From positions 171,351 through 235,350 of the forward strand of contig JADKAC010000002.1 in the NCBI GenBank assembly GCA_016715425.1: a stretch of 64,000 bases of DNA. The letters are read 5' to 3'. Made by a program: the position numbers and the translations under genes. Below the pieces are notes generated by a model that saw nothing but the letters and a program-made list of their open reading frames with translations, was not told the DNA's origin and did no database searches. Within the stretch, counting starts at the first letter, position 1; each line of letters starts with the position of its first letter. Below are positions 50,721 to 63,513 of this stretch, in pieces. The stretch comes from Bacteroidota bacterium (GTDB lineage: Bacteria > Bacteroidota > Bacteroidia > Chitinophagales > BACL12).

Positions 50721-52265
50721 TTAATTCGCCCAGCTATCTCTATCCAAACTTCTGTATTGAATTGCTTCGGCGATATGTTCAGGTAAAATTTCATCACTGC
50801 CTGCAAGGTCAGCAATTGTTCTTGACACCTTTAAAATTCTATCATAGGCTCTTGCAGAAAGTCCAAGTTTATCCATTGCTTTTGTAAGCAAGTTTTGTCC
50901 AACATTATTTATGATACAAACTTCCTTTGCCATTTTAGTACTCATCTGCGCATTGCAATGCACATCGGGAAAATCTTTAAATCGCAATTCTTGAATTTCT
51001 CTTGCTTTAATCACACGTTCACGAATATTTGCACTTGGCTCAGATAAAATCACAGAAGATAATTCCCGAACCGGAACAGGTGTTACTTCCACATGTAAAT
51101 CTATTCTGTCTAATAAAGGTCCTGATATGCGGTTCAAATATTTTTGAACTACACCCGGTGCACAAACACAATCTTTTTCTGGATGATTATAATATCCGCA
51201 AGGGCAAGGATTCATACTAGCAACAAGCATAAAACTGGCGGGATATTCTACCGAAAATCTCGCACGACTGATAGTAACTTTCCTATCCTCCATTGGTTGC
51301 CGCAATACCTCTAACACGTTTCTTTTAAACTCGGGAAGTTCATCTAAAAACAATACTCCATTATGTGCTAAAGAAATTTCACCAGGCTGCGGATTATTAC
51401 CTCCACCTACTAAAGCGACATCACTCACCGTATGATGCGGCGAACGAAAAGGCCGGATATATAATAAGGAAGAATTACCCGGCAACTTACCAGCAACTGA
51501 ATGAATTTTTGTGGTCTCAAGAGCTTCATGTAAAGTGAGTGGTGGCAAAATGGTGGGAAGCCTTTTTGCCAGCATTGTTTTACCGGCACCCGGTGGTCCT
51601 ATTAAAATTGCATTATGCCCTCCGGAAGCAGCAATCTCCAAAGCTCGTTTAATATTTTCCTGACCTTTCACATCAGAGAAATCTAAATCAGAATTACCGA
51701 TACTGTAAGCAAACTCTTCCCGAGTATTTACAATCACTTGTTCCAATCCTGTTCCAGTACCTAAAAATCCAACCACATCTTTTAATTGAGTGGCGCCATA
51801 CACTTCTATATTATTTACAATGGCGGCTTCCCGGGCATTAGATTCCGGTAATATTAATTTTGTAAATCCTTCTTCTCTAGCCTGAATAGCAATTGGCAAA
51901 GCACCTTTCGCCGGAAGTATGGTTCCATCCAAAGAAAGCTCGCCGAGAAACATTACTTTTTCCAGCGACTCTTCATTTATCTGGCCTGTTGCACCTAAAA
52001 TTCCGATAGCCATAGGCAAATCGAATGAGGTACCTTCCTTTCTGATATCGGCAGGTGCAAGATTAATTACCACGTTAGTGCGAGGCATATAAAAACCATT
52101 GTGACGAATAGCAGTTTGAATTCTTTGCCAGCTTTCTTTAACTGCATTATCAGGCAATCCCACAATATATCCTTTCAACTCACCACCACCACCGGTATTT
52201 ACTTCGATGGTAACCGTAACTGCATTCACACCCTGAACAGTGCTTCCAAAGGTTTTAACTAACAT
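50721..52265 (-). CDS. YifB/ComM-family Mg-chelatase-like AAA+ ATPase
   Basis: N-terminal Lon-protease-like S5 fold domain, Walker [20 protein letters not shown], and a C-terminal ChlI-like domain. Confidence 0.9.
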   Translation of the reverse strand: MLVKTFGSTVQGVNAVTVTIEVNTGGGGELKGYIVGLPDNAVKESWQRIQTAIRHNGFYMPRTNVVINLAPADIRKEGTSFDLPMAIGILGATGQINEESLEKVMFLGELSLDGTILPAKGALPIAIQAREEGFTKLILPESNAREAAIVNNIEVYGATQLKDVVGFLGTGTGLEQVIVNTREEFAYSIGNSDLDFSDVKGQENIKRALEIAASGGHNAILIGPPGAGKTMLAKRLPTILPPLTLHEALETTKIHSVAGKLPGNSSLLYIRPFRSPHHTVSDVALVGGGNNPQPGEISLAHNGVLFLDELPEFKRNVLEVLRQPMEDRKVTISRARFSVEYPASFMLVASMNPCPCGYYNHPEKDCVCAPGVVQKYLNRISGPLLDRIDLHVEVTPVPVRELSSVILSEPSANIRERVIKAREIQELRFKDFPDVHCNAQMSTKMAKEVCIINNVGQNLLTKAMDKLGLSARAYDRILKVSRTIADLAGSDEILPEHIAEAIQYRSLDRDSWAN

Positions 52266-52617
52266 ATTGAAAAGATTAAAGCAAACTTACCAAAAGGAAA
52301 ATTTGCAAGGACATTAGATTCAGAATTAAAATAAAATAAAATTTCCATTTATGAAGTCACGGCACTCAATTAAATATCAGAACAAGAATTGCTACAAATC
52401 CTAATTTTAAAGGAACGATTAAAAAGTAGATAAACAATACAATTATTCAGATTACTCTAAGTAAAATATTATAATAAATAATCTATATCAGCATATCACT
52501 CTAGCTTACTAATTCTACGTAATAATTTTTACAGTCACAGATAAAAGAATCAAGATTACAAATTAGCTGTATTTATAGCTCATTTTCGTTGTCCCAAATA
52601 TCGAATACTGGAGTACG

Positions 52618-55600
52618 ATGAACAAGTTTAAGAATCTATGGACAGGCCTATTTTTTCTATTGTCAGCATCAATAGGCACAATACAGGCGCAGGTTACAGC
52701 GGACTTTGTGGCGGATGACTTAGTGGTCTGCCCGGAGTTCCGGTGATATTTACCAATCTCAGTACATATCCCGCAGGTTCCAGTCCTACTTATCTGTGGA
52801 GTTTCCCCAGTGGCTTCGCTTCTTCCTTAACTGAAGCAAACCCAACAGTTTATTATTATACTCCGGGAACTTACAGTGTAACACTAACAACAAGTGTTGC
52901 CGGAACAGGAAGTGATGTAGAAACAAAAACTGCATATATCACTGTGGTAACTCCGCCGGATGCAAACTTCACTTACACTATCCCTGATTTATGTAATCAA
53001 ATGGTGGTAAATTTCACGAATACCTCTGTGGCTGGCAGTGCTCCTATTACATCGAAATTGTGGGATTTTGATGATGCCACTTTTAGTGCATTGTCCAATC
53101 CGATAAAGACTTTTACTTCGGAAAATACATTCAATGTAATTCTATTTGTTACGGATGCAAATGGATGTAGTGATAATGTTACCGTACCTGTAACTACACT
53201 TGCACCTGTTGAAAGTGCTATTTCCAGCACAGGTTCTATTTTTTCGTGTGGCCTTGCAATAGCTCCAACAATTTTAGCTATTACTTCTGAAGGCACAGCT
53301 CCTTACACTTACAGTTGGGATTATGGCAACGGCACTAGCTCTATTCTTCCTTCTTCTGTAGTAAATTATTCTGATTGCGGCACATATGATATCACCTACA
53401 CAGTTACAGATGCTAATGGTTGTTCACTTACAAATTCCTATGATGACTATATAGAAATTTCTTGTCCGGAAGTAGATTTCAGCATGTCTGACGATACAGT
53501 TTGTCTGGCATCTACTGCAAGCTTTATTAATCTTTCAGATCCCGGTGCAGTTTCTTATTACTGGCAATTTAATTATCCAACAGCGCTGGCAACAAGCACA
53601 GAAGAAAATCCGGTTGCTGAATTTGTTGCTGCGGGTATGCGCATAATCAGACTTACCGTAACTTATCCCGGTGGATGTACTGCATATCATCAAGATACCA
53701 TTCAAGTAGTTCCGAGACCTGCCATAACAGGAATAGCAGCGAGCGATTCAACAGGTTGCGAAATTCCATTTGTCACTACACTTACTCCGCTTGGCCTTAC
53801 GGGTACTGGCCCTTATACTTTTTTATGGGAATCCGGTGGCATGACTTCTACAGATTCTGCTGCTACATTTACCTATAATGATTATATAAATTATACAGTT
53901 TCGCTCACCATTACAGATGCAAATGGATGTTCTGTTTTTTACACCTTTATCGGTTTTATAAAAATCAAGAAACCGACTAATGCATTTTCTGCAACACCTA
54001 TTGAAGGATGTGCGCCTTTAAAAGTAACATTTACGAATACTAGTTCTTCCACCTATGTTCCGTTATCCTATTATGTTTGGAATTACGGCGATGGAACAAT
54101 AGATACCACTTATTCTTTAGGCTCCCACAATCATTGGTTTATGGTTGCAGGAACCTATAATGTAACTATGACTTTATATACGGTTGATGGTTGTCCGAAA
54201 ACAAGTAATCTCTATATTACTTTAGGAAATGAGGTTGCATATTTTGAAATTATCAATGATGATGACCCTACATGTAATCCGGTAGAAATTGATAATTTAT
54301 CTTTTGGTGCAGATGAAACAACTATTGATTGGGGAGATGGCACTACAAGTTTTTTATACCCGGTACATTAGATACTTCACATGTGTATCCGGCAGCGGAT
54401 ACAGCTACATATATTATTACTTTAATTGCTGAAGACCGTGGTTGTATATCTACTTGGGTGGATACAATTACAATTCTGCCTGTTATAACTATCGTCACTA
54501 CAACATGGAATTGCGACAACCCTCTCGAATTTTATTATGTGGTTGACACCAGTGTGGTAACCGGAGATTTTTGCTGGGACTTCGGTTCGGGTGATGTGTT
54601 TTGCAATCAAGTTGCGGTGAGTTATACCTATCCCAGGCCAGGAACATACAGTGGTGAAATCACAACTCTTGACCCAATTGAATATGAAGGCTGTGAATTA
54701 GTCCAAACCTTTAGCTCTCTTGTACCTGATAATGATTTTTCTTTCGATATAAATACTGTCGGTGGTTGTGGAAGTTTTGAATATAGTATTGCTTCAAATG
54801 TTGCTCCCGACTTCCCTTCTGAATTAACTTATACTTGGAATATTGGTCCTTCTTCTATTTCCGGTTTTACTGATGTAATTACTGATACAAGTTTTTTCAA
54901 TTATACTTTTCCGGAAGAAGATGCCTATCCAATTGAAATGACAATTAATGATGTGAATGGTTGTGTGTATTCTTCAATGGATACTATAATTATTAGTGGT
55001 GCAGTTGCATTATTTAATATTGATTCGATTGTTGGTTGTAGTCCGTTTACTGTTTATGTAAGTGATGCCTCTACATTAATTGATGATGCTGGTGGTGATA
55101 TTTCTATAGAAAGTTACGAATGGAATTTCAGCGGTGGAACTTGCCCAACTTATTTTGGAATTAGTCCACCGCCTTGCACATTTGCTACAGGTACTCATAG
55201 TGTAACTCTTACAATTACCGACAATGGTGGTTGCGAATTTTCTTATACCGAAGAAATAGATGTGGTGAGTGATGTGATTGCAAGTTTTATTGCTGATGAA
55301 CTTGCATGTAATTCAACTGAGCCCTTATACTTTTCAAATACTTCTACTGGGGATATCACTGATGTTACTTGGGATTTTGGTGATGGATTTACTTCAACAG
55401 ACTTTTCTGCATTGCATCCTTATGCTATTGCTGGCGCTTATACAGTGAGCTTAACTGTTAGTGATGCGTTTGGTTGTAGCGATGTCCAAGTGCAAAATAT
55501 AAATGTAGTACTCGACAGTATTTATGCTGGCTTTGATGTTACTTATTTAACAGCTTCTGCATGTCCGCCAATTCCAATACAACTCGCCAATACTTCAACA

Positions 55601-58600
55601 GGTGATTATATTGATTTCTGGTGGGATGTAGAAAGAGAAACCGGAATTTATACTTATACACTTGATACCATTATTCTCACTTATACTTTACCGGGTGACT
55701 ATGATGTTTCCATTTATGTTACTGGCGCAACAGGTTGTATTGATACATTAACAATTGAAAACGCATTATACATTCCCGGACCTACAGGCACAATGGAATA
55801 TACACCTATGATGGATTGTACTCCGGCAGAAATCACTTTTGATTTTAGTGATTTAACCGCAGACTTAACGTATGTAGATTTTGGTGATGGTGATACAATT
55901 CTAGTTACTGGTGATGCAACATACAATTACGCCGAAGAAGGTGTGTATTGCCCTACTTTAATTTTGATTGATGCCTCCGGATGTTCTTTCCAAATTGCAT
56001 GTGATTCTTCAATTACAATTTATCAAACTCATGATATTGATATCACTGTTTCTGATACCGGTTTATGTCTTGGTGAAATTCTAACTATTTACAATGCAAG
56101 TATTGGTTCTCCATTAAATCCGATTGAAGGTTATTTAGTGGATTATGGTGATGGCTCTCCTGTAATTCCGTTAGCGAGTTTTGATTCTTTAACTTATACA
56201 TACTCCACTTCAGGCACTTATGTATTGAATGTATTTACGATGAGTGATGTGGCTTGTAGTGATACTATTCAATATGAAATAAATGTGTTCTCTGAACCGG
56301 AAGCCGGTGCTGATATTTCACCCATTAGTGGTTGCTATCCATTGGATGTAAACTTTACAATTACTGATTTAATTGCTGATGTTGCAATACTTGATTATGG
56401 TGATGGAATCATAGATACTATTGCGGGTGATATTTCTCACACTTACACAACCTTTGGAATTTTTCATCCTACGCTTACTTTAATTAACGGAAGTGCATGT
56501 GCTGTTGAAATAGAATTTGCTGATGCGGTTCATGTGTATTTTCCTCCTACTGCCGGATTAATTATTCCCGATACAATTGCTTGCTCAGGTGAACAATTAA
56601 TTTTTATAAATAATAGTAGTGATACTTCTTTCAGTCTTATTACAAATTACACTTTAGATTTTGGTGATGGTTCCACTCCATATTCTTCTGACGTAATGGA
56701 TACTGTATATCATGCATTTACTACCGATGGTTCTTATGTCTCCACTTTTATTGTTGAGAATTCTGCGGGTTGTTCAGACACTTTAATTTTTAATACTTAT
56801 GCAGATCAATTACCTGTAGGTGCATTGAATATTTCTCCTTTAGAAGGTTGTGTTCCGCTTGAAGTAAATTTTGATGTTGATGATTTAATAGCGGATGAAG
56901 CAATCATAGATTTTGGTGATGGAAATTCTGATACTATTACTTCAAGTATTGTTTATACATATTTAAATCCCGGCGATTTTACACCAATATTTTATCTGAA
57001 TAATGCAAATGGTTGTACCACTGTTTTAACCTATGAAACTATTGATGTTGAATTAATACCAACAGCAGGTTTTATAATTTCAGATACCACAATTTGTATC
57101 TCCACACCGGTTTCAATTATCAATACTTCTTTTGATACTATCGTTTCTCCAATAACATCTTATGCTATAAAATATGGCGATGGCACTGTGGATGTAATTG
57201 CAGATTTTGATACGCTTGAGTATACTTATGCAAGTCCGGGCACTTATAACATAACCGTGATTGCACAAAACTCTGCAGGTTGTCGTGATACTATAATTCA
57301 TGCTGTAGAAGTGTTTGATATTCCGCTTGCAACATTTAGTCTTTTACCAATTACAGGATGTATTCCTTTCGATGTAGATTTTGATTTAGATATTGTAACA
57401 GCAGATGAAATGCTATTGTATTACGGTGATGGATTGATGGATACAATTACCGGCGACACTTCGCATATTTATTCCACCGCAGGAAGTTTTGAACCTTATC
57501 TTTTAATTTCAAATAATGCGGGTTGTTTTGATTCAATTGCATTTGATGTGGTCGAAGCAGGAATAACTCCAATCGCTGATTTCACAATCACCGATTCTAC
57601 AATTTGTTTTGGAGAACCAATTGAAATAACAAATAATGCTTGGGATACAACCCTCTCACCAATCATTTCTTACACAATTGATTTTGGCGATGGTTCCGTT
57701 TCTACTTCTGCAACTTTCACTTCTCTTACACATAATTATTCTTCAACTGGAGATTTTATAATTACAATGGCAGTAGAAAATAATCTTGGTTGTGGTGATA
57801 TAATTTCTAAAAATATTACTGTTGGTGAAATGCCTTTTGCAACTCTTGCTCTCGATCCACTTGAAGGTTGTTTGCCTCTCGATATTACTTTCGATTTTGA
57901 TGCAATTGCCGCTGATGAAATTATTATTTCTTTCGGTGATGGAAATATGGATACTGTTTCTGGTGATGTAACTTATACTTATGTTGACGCCGGAACATTC
58001 TCTCCAACTGTTTCTTTATTAAATGCAAATGGTTGCGCATTCGATGTAAATGTTTCTGACGCAATTAATGTTGGAATAACTCCAATCGCAGATTTCACTA
58101 TTACTGATTCTACAATTTGTTTTGGTGATGATATTGAAATAACAAACAACGCATGGGACACAACATTATCTCCTATCACTTCTTACACAATTGATTTTGG
58201 TGATGGCACTGTTTCTACTTCTGCAACTTTCACTTCTCTTACACATAATTATTCTTCGACTGGAGATTTTATAATTACAATGGAAGTAGAAAATAATTAT
58301 GGTTGTGGTGATATTATTTCTAAAAATATTACTGTTGGTGAAATGCCTTTTGCAACTCTTGCTCTCGATCCACTTGAAGGTTGTTTGCCTCTCGATATTA
58401 CTTTCGATTTTGATGCAATTGCCGCTGATGAAATTATTATTTCTTTCGGTGATGGAAATATGGATACTGTTACCGGTGATGTAACTTATACTTATGTTGA
58501 CGCCGGAACATTCTCTCCAACTGTTTCTTTATTAAATGCAAATGGTTGCGCATTCGATGTAAATGTTTCTGACGCAATTAATGTCGGAATAACTCCAATC

Positions 58601-61600
58601 GCCGATTTCACAATCACTGATTCTACAATTTGTTTTGGAGAACCAATTGAAATAACAAATAATGCTTGGGATACAACCCTCTCACCAATCATTTCTTACA
58701 CAATTGATTTTGGCGATGGTTCCGTTTCTACTTCTGCAACTTTCACTTCTCTTACACATAATTATTCTTCGACTGGAGATTTTATAATTACAATGGAGTA
58801 GAAAATAATTATGGTTGTGGTGATATTATTTCTAAAAATATTACTGTTGGTGAAATGCCTTTTGCAACTCTTGCTCTCGATCCACTTGAAGGTTGTTTAC
58901 CTCTCAACATCACTTTTGATTTTGATGCAATTGCCGCCGATGAAATAATAATTTCTTTCGGTGATGGAAATATTGATACAGTTTCAGATGATATAACTTA
59001 TACTTATGTTGATGCCGGAATATTCTCTCCAACCGTTTCTTTACTAAATGCAAATGGTTGTGCTTTCGATGTAATTGTTTCGGATGATATAAATGTTGGA
59101 ATAACTCCAATCGCTGATTTCACTATTACTGATTCTACAATTTGTTTTGGGGAACCAATTGAAATCACAAACAATGCTTGGGATACAACCCTCTCTCCAA
59201 TCATTTCTTACACAATTGATTTTGGTGATGGAACTATTTCTACTTCTGCAACTTTCACTTCGCTCACACATAATTATTCAACAACAGGTGATTATTCTAT
59301 TACTCTTTCAGTAGAAAATAATTTAGGTTGCGATGATATAATTTCTAAAAATATTACTGTCGGCGAAATGCCTTTTGCAACTCTTGCTCTCGATCCTTTA
59401 GAAGGTTGTTTACCACTTGATATCACTTTTGATTTTGATGCAATTGCTGCTGATGAAATAATTATTTCTTTCGGTGATGGAATTATGGATACCGTTACCG
59501 GTGATATAACTTATACTTATGTTGATGCCGGAATTTTCTCTCCAACTGTTTCATTATTAAATGCAAATGGCTGCGCTTTCGATGTTATTGTTTCTGATGC
59601 AATAAATGTCGGTATCACTCCAATCGCAGATTTCACTATTACTGATTCTACAATTTGTTTTGGAGAACCAATTGAAATAACAAATAATGCTTGGGATACA
59701 ACCCTCTCACCAATCATTTCTTACACAATTGATTTTGGTGATGGTTCTATTTCTACTTCTGCAACATTCACTTCGCTCACACATAATTATTCAACAACCG
59801 GTGATTATTCTATTACTCTTTCAGTAGAAAATAATTTAGGTTGCGATGATATAATTTCTAAAAATATTACTGTCGGCGAAATGCCTTTCGCAACTCTTGC
59901 TCTCGATCCACTCGAAGGTTGTTTACCTCTCGATATCATTTTTGATTTTGATGCAATTGCCGCTGATGAAATTATTATTTCTTTCGGTGATGGAAATATG
60001 GATACTGTTACCGGTGATGTAACTTATACTTATGTTGACGCCGGAACATTCTCTCCAACTGTTACTTTATTAAATGCAAATGGTTGTGCTTTCGATGTAA
60101 TTGTTTCTGATGATATTAATGTTGGAATAACTCCAATCGCAGATTTCACTATTACTGATTCTACAATTTGTTTTGGGGAACCAATTGAAATCACAAACAA
60201 TGCTTGGGATACAACCCTCTCTCCAATCATTTCTTACACAATTGATTTTGGTGATGGAACTATTTCTACTTCTGCAACTTTCACTTCGCTCACACATAAT
60301 TATTCAACAACAGGTGATTATTCTATTACTCTTTCAGTAGAAAATAATTTAGGTTGCGATGATATAATTTCTAAAAATATTACTGTTGGTGAAATGCCTT
60401 TTGCAACTCTTGCACTCGATCCACTCGAAGGTTGTTTACCTCTCGATATCATTTTTGATTTTGATGCAATTGCCGCTGATGAAATTATTATTTCTTTCGG
60501 TGATGGAAATATGGATACTGTTACCGGTGATGTAACTTATACTTATGTTGACGCCGGAACATTCTCTCCAACTGTTACTTTATTAAATGCAAATGGTTGT
60601 GCTTTCGATGTAATTGTTTCTGATGATATTAATGTTGGAATAACTCCAATCGCAGATTTCACTATTACTGATTCTACAATTTGTTTTGGGGAACCAATTG
60701 AAATCACAAACAATGCTTGGGATACAACCCTCTCTCCAATCATTTCTTACACAATTGATTTTGGTGATGGCACTATTTCTACTTCTGCAACTTTCACTTC
60801 TCTCACACATAACTATTCTTCAACCGGTGATTTTATAATTACTCTTTCAGTAGAAAATAATCTTGGTTGTGATGATTTAATTACTAAAGAAATTATTGTC
60901 AATGAAATTCCTGAAGCTGTAATAGATTTTCTTCCCATCTCAGGTTGCTATCCTTTGGATGTGCTTTTTGAAATCAGTGGATTAATCGCTGACTCTGCAT
61001 ACATAAATTTTGGTGATGGTAGCGGAACAGTAACTACGGATGATGTGATGCATACTTTTACTTCTTCCGGAACTTACATTCCTGAATTAACCCTTATAAA
61101 TAATAATGGCTGCACAGTTGTATTAACTGAAACAGATCCTATTCATGTTGCAGCTCCTCCGGTTGCCAATATGTATTTATCTGATTCTTCCATTTGTGCC
61201 GGTGAATCAATTACAATTTATAATTCTTCAACGGATACAATTGATGCGCCGATAACTGATATTTATCTTGATTATGGTGATGGTGCAATTGCTTATACTG
61301 CTTCATCCCTTGATTCTATAAATCATATTTATGCAAGCGACGGATTATTCACAATCGAGTTAACTGTAACCAATAGTCTTGGATGTGTATCCAGCCATAA
61401 TATTCCTTTATCTATAGCCGCTATCCCGACCGCAGTTTTTGATGTTGAACCTGTGGTGGGATGCGGTACTTTATTAACTACGTTTAATATAATTTCTTCC
61501 ACTGCCGATAGTTTATTTTTGAATACCGGCACTGAAATTATTTATGTTGCGGGCTCTTCAATTAATTATTTCTATAACACTCCGGGAGTATATTCTCCTG

Positions 61601-62949
61601 AAATTATGTTACTGAATACCACCGGATGTTCTGCTGAATTAGATGCTGAAGATTCTTTAATTGTAAGTTATTCTCCCGATGCAATTATGGCACTGAGTGA
61701 TACTATGCCTTTCTGTTCGGGTGATGAAATTTTCATTATTAATTTAAGTATTGATACGATTGCGGATTTATTAATTAATCCAATTGATAATTATACTATT
61801 CAGGTAAATGGAACTGCAATGTATTCCGGCTCAACTATGGATTCTATATTATTTAATCTTACCACAGCGGGTGATTATTGGATTACATTAATTACTTCAA
61901 ATTCATGGGGCTGTCTGGATTCTACTTCTGCAGTTATTACTGTAACTCAAACACCAAATGCAATAGCAGGATTAAATGAAAATATTTGCCCGGGCACTGC
62001 ATTACTTTTAGATGGCTCTGCAAGTTCCGGTGGAACAAATTATTTATGGTCGCCTGCCGGATTATTTGTAAATAATTCCGTTGCTCAACCACTCGGAACT
62101 TTCCCAACTTCTACAATGGTGTATCTGGAATATTCAAATGCATTTTGTTCGGATGTAGATTCTGTTTTGGTAAATGTGTTAACCGATTTGGAATTAAATG
62201 CCTGGCCGGATACTGCAATTTGTATTGGCGAATCGGTTCAAATTTATAGTCAATATGAAGCAGATGATTTACCAGTTTCTGTGGTTTGGTTAAATGGTGA
62301 TTATTTATCCAGTACTCTTGTAAGCAATCCTGTTTCAACTCCGCTGAATACAATTACATATACTGTTTCCGCCACTTGTGGTGACCTTGTTGATTATGAA
62401 GATGTAACCATCGTTGTAAATTCTTTGCCCACTGTTGTAGCTAACGATACTATGAATGCATATTACGGACAAACATTTAGTTTAACTTCCGCTGCATCGG
62501 GTAATGGACCATTTACCTATAGTTGGACACCAACAGAATATTTAGCTTGCAGCGATTGTCAAAACACAAATGCAACACCGCCATCCGATGCTACATATTT
62601 TATTACTGTGGTAGATGAAAATAATTGTATCGCAATGGATTCTGTGTATTTAAGATTGGGATATGATTGCGGACAATATCTTGGTTTGCCAAATTTATTA
62701 TCTCCAAATAATGATGGTTTCAATGATGAATTCCATTATCAGTCAGATGCAATTCAGGTATTATCTTACTTCAGAGTGTATGATCGTTGGGGACGATTAA
62801 TGTTCGAATCAACAGATTTATTTGGTTCTTGGGATGGCACTTACAATGGCACACTTTGCGATCCCGGTGTATATGTATATTCAATCCAAGGCTCTTGTTT
62901 CGATGGAGAAGTATTTATTAATTCCGGAAATATAACCCTCGTTAAATAA
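52618..62949 (+). pseudogene. giant PKD-repeat surface protein with T9SS type-B sorting domain, interrupted by three single-base frame breaks (about 3,440 codons if repaired)
   Basis: Signal peptide MNKFKNLWTGLFFLLSASIGTIQAQ at 52618, then ORFs 52743..54371, 54329..58801 and 58855..62949 in shifting frames with continuous PKD-like repeats ([WF]-x-[FY]-GDG...Y...GxY...D.NGC). C-terminal LLSPNNDGFNDEF...YDRWGRLMF...WDGTYNG...GVYVY. Confidence 0.85.
57560..60875 (+). repeat. in-frame tandem array, about 6.5 near-identical copies of a 513-bp (171-codon) PKD didomain unit
   Basis: Unit starts (GGAATAACTCCAATCGC...) at 57560, 58073, 58586, 59098 (one base short), 59611, 60124 and 60637. Antisense shadow ORFs recur at an exact 513-bp period. 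Confidence 0.95.
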
Positions 62950-63513
62950 CAAAATAAATTTCATTAATAAATTGATTAACTATTTAAATAAATTATCATG
63001 ATAACTTTTTCACTAACAATAATGCTCCTGCTCCCAGCCTTAATAGAAATAAATTTGAAACCCAAACTTCAAATAATCATAGTTGAAGAAGAAGATATTT
63101 TTAAATAAATTTTAAAAAAAAAAAATTTAAGAACTCACTCACCAAATTTATAATCCCAACCATACATAAGGATCTCTGCATGAAAACAAAACATGAAAAA
63201 TCCCTACCCTTCCATCGGAGCAAAAAAGGCATTATAAAAGCTTGCTTACAAAACAAAGTTGGCTTTTGTGCGTGAGAGCTGCGAAGAAAAGAATCCAGTC
63301 AGCCACAACTTAGAATTTAAAAATCTGATATTACCACAATTTTAATAATCACCCCAAACCAACTTTAACTCGGCTGACCTTATTCTTTTCATGCAAAAAG
63401 ACAACTGCAAGTTTTGTTGCTTGCCTGCCTGCCGTCAAACTGTCTAAAAACTACCCACACATTTTTGTTGAATAGTAACTTCAATTTATAAGTTATGATT
63501 TGCAATTTTATAT

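Noticed and set aside
52266-52617. The 350-bp AT-rich region upstream of the giant gene, considered as a possible invertible promoter or phase-variation switch.
   Set aside because: I could find no flanking inverted repeats of meaningful length and no exact TAnnTTTG box. There is no adjacent recombinase gene.
57979-60743. Six nearly identical 66-aa minus-strand ORFs (and 75-aa ones) spaced exactly 513 bp apart. This could be mistaken for a gene family or a CRISPR-like periodic array.
   Set aside because: They are antisense shadows of the in-frame PKD tandem repeat. The period equals the coding unit, there is no repeat-spacer architecture, and the plus strand carries the conserved domain signal.
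62998-63108. A 36-aa ORF (MITFSLTIMLLLPALIEINLKPKLQIIIVEEEDIFK) downstream of the giant gene. It might be a remnant of a partner gene.
   Set aside because: It has no similarity to PorP/SprF motifs, is too short, and has no supporting signals.
63284-63395. Imperfect inverted repeat GAAAAGAATCCAGTCAGCC ... GGCTGACCTTATTCTTTTC upstream of the IS transposase. It might mark an IS terminus or a MITE.
   Set aside because: The arms have a 3-nt mismatch block. Both arms lie on the same side of the transposase gene, and the right IS end is outside the window, so no terminal-IR assignment is possible.
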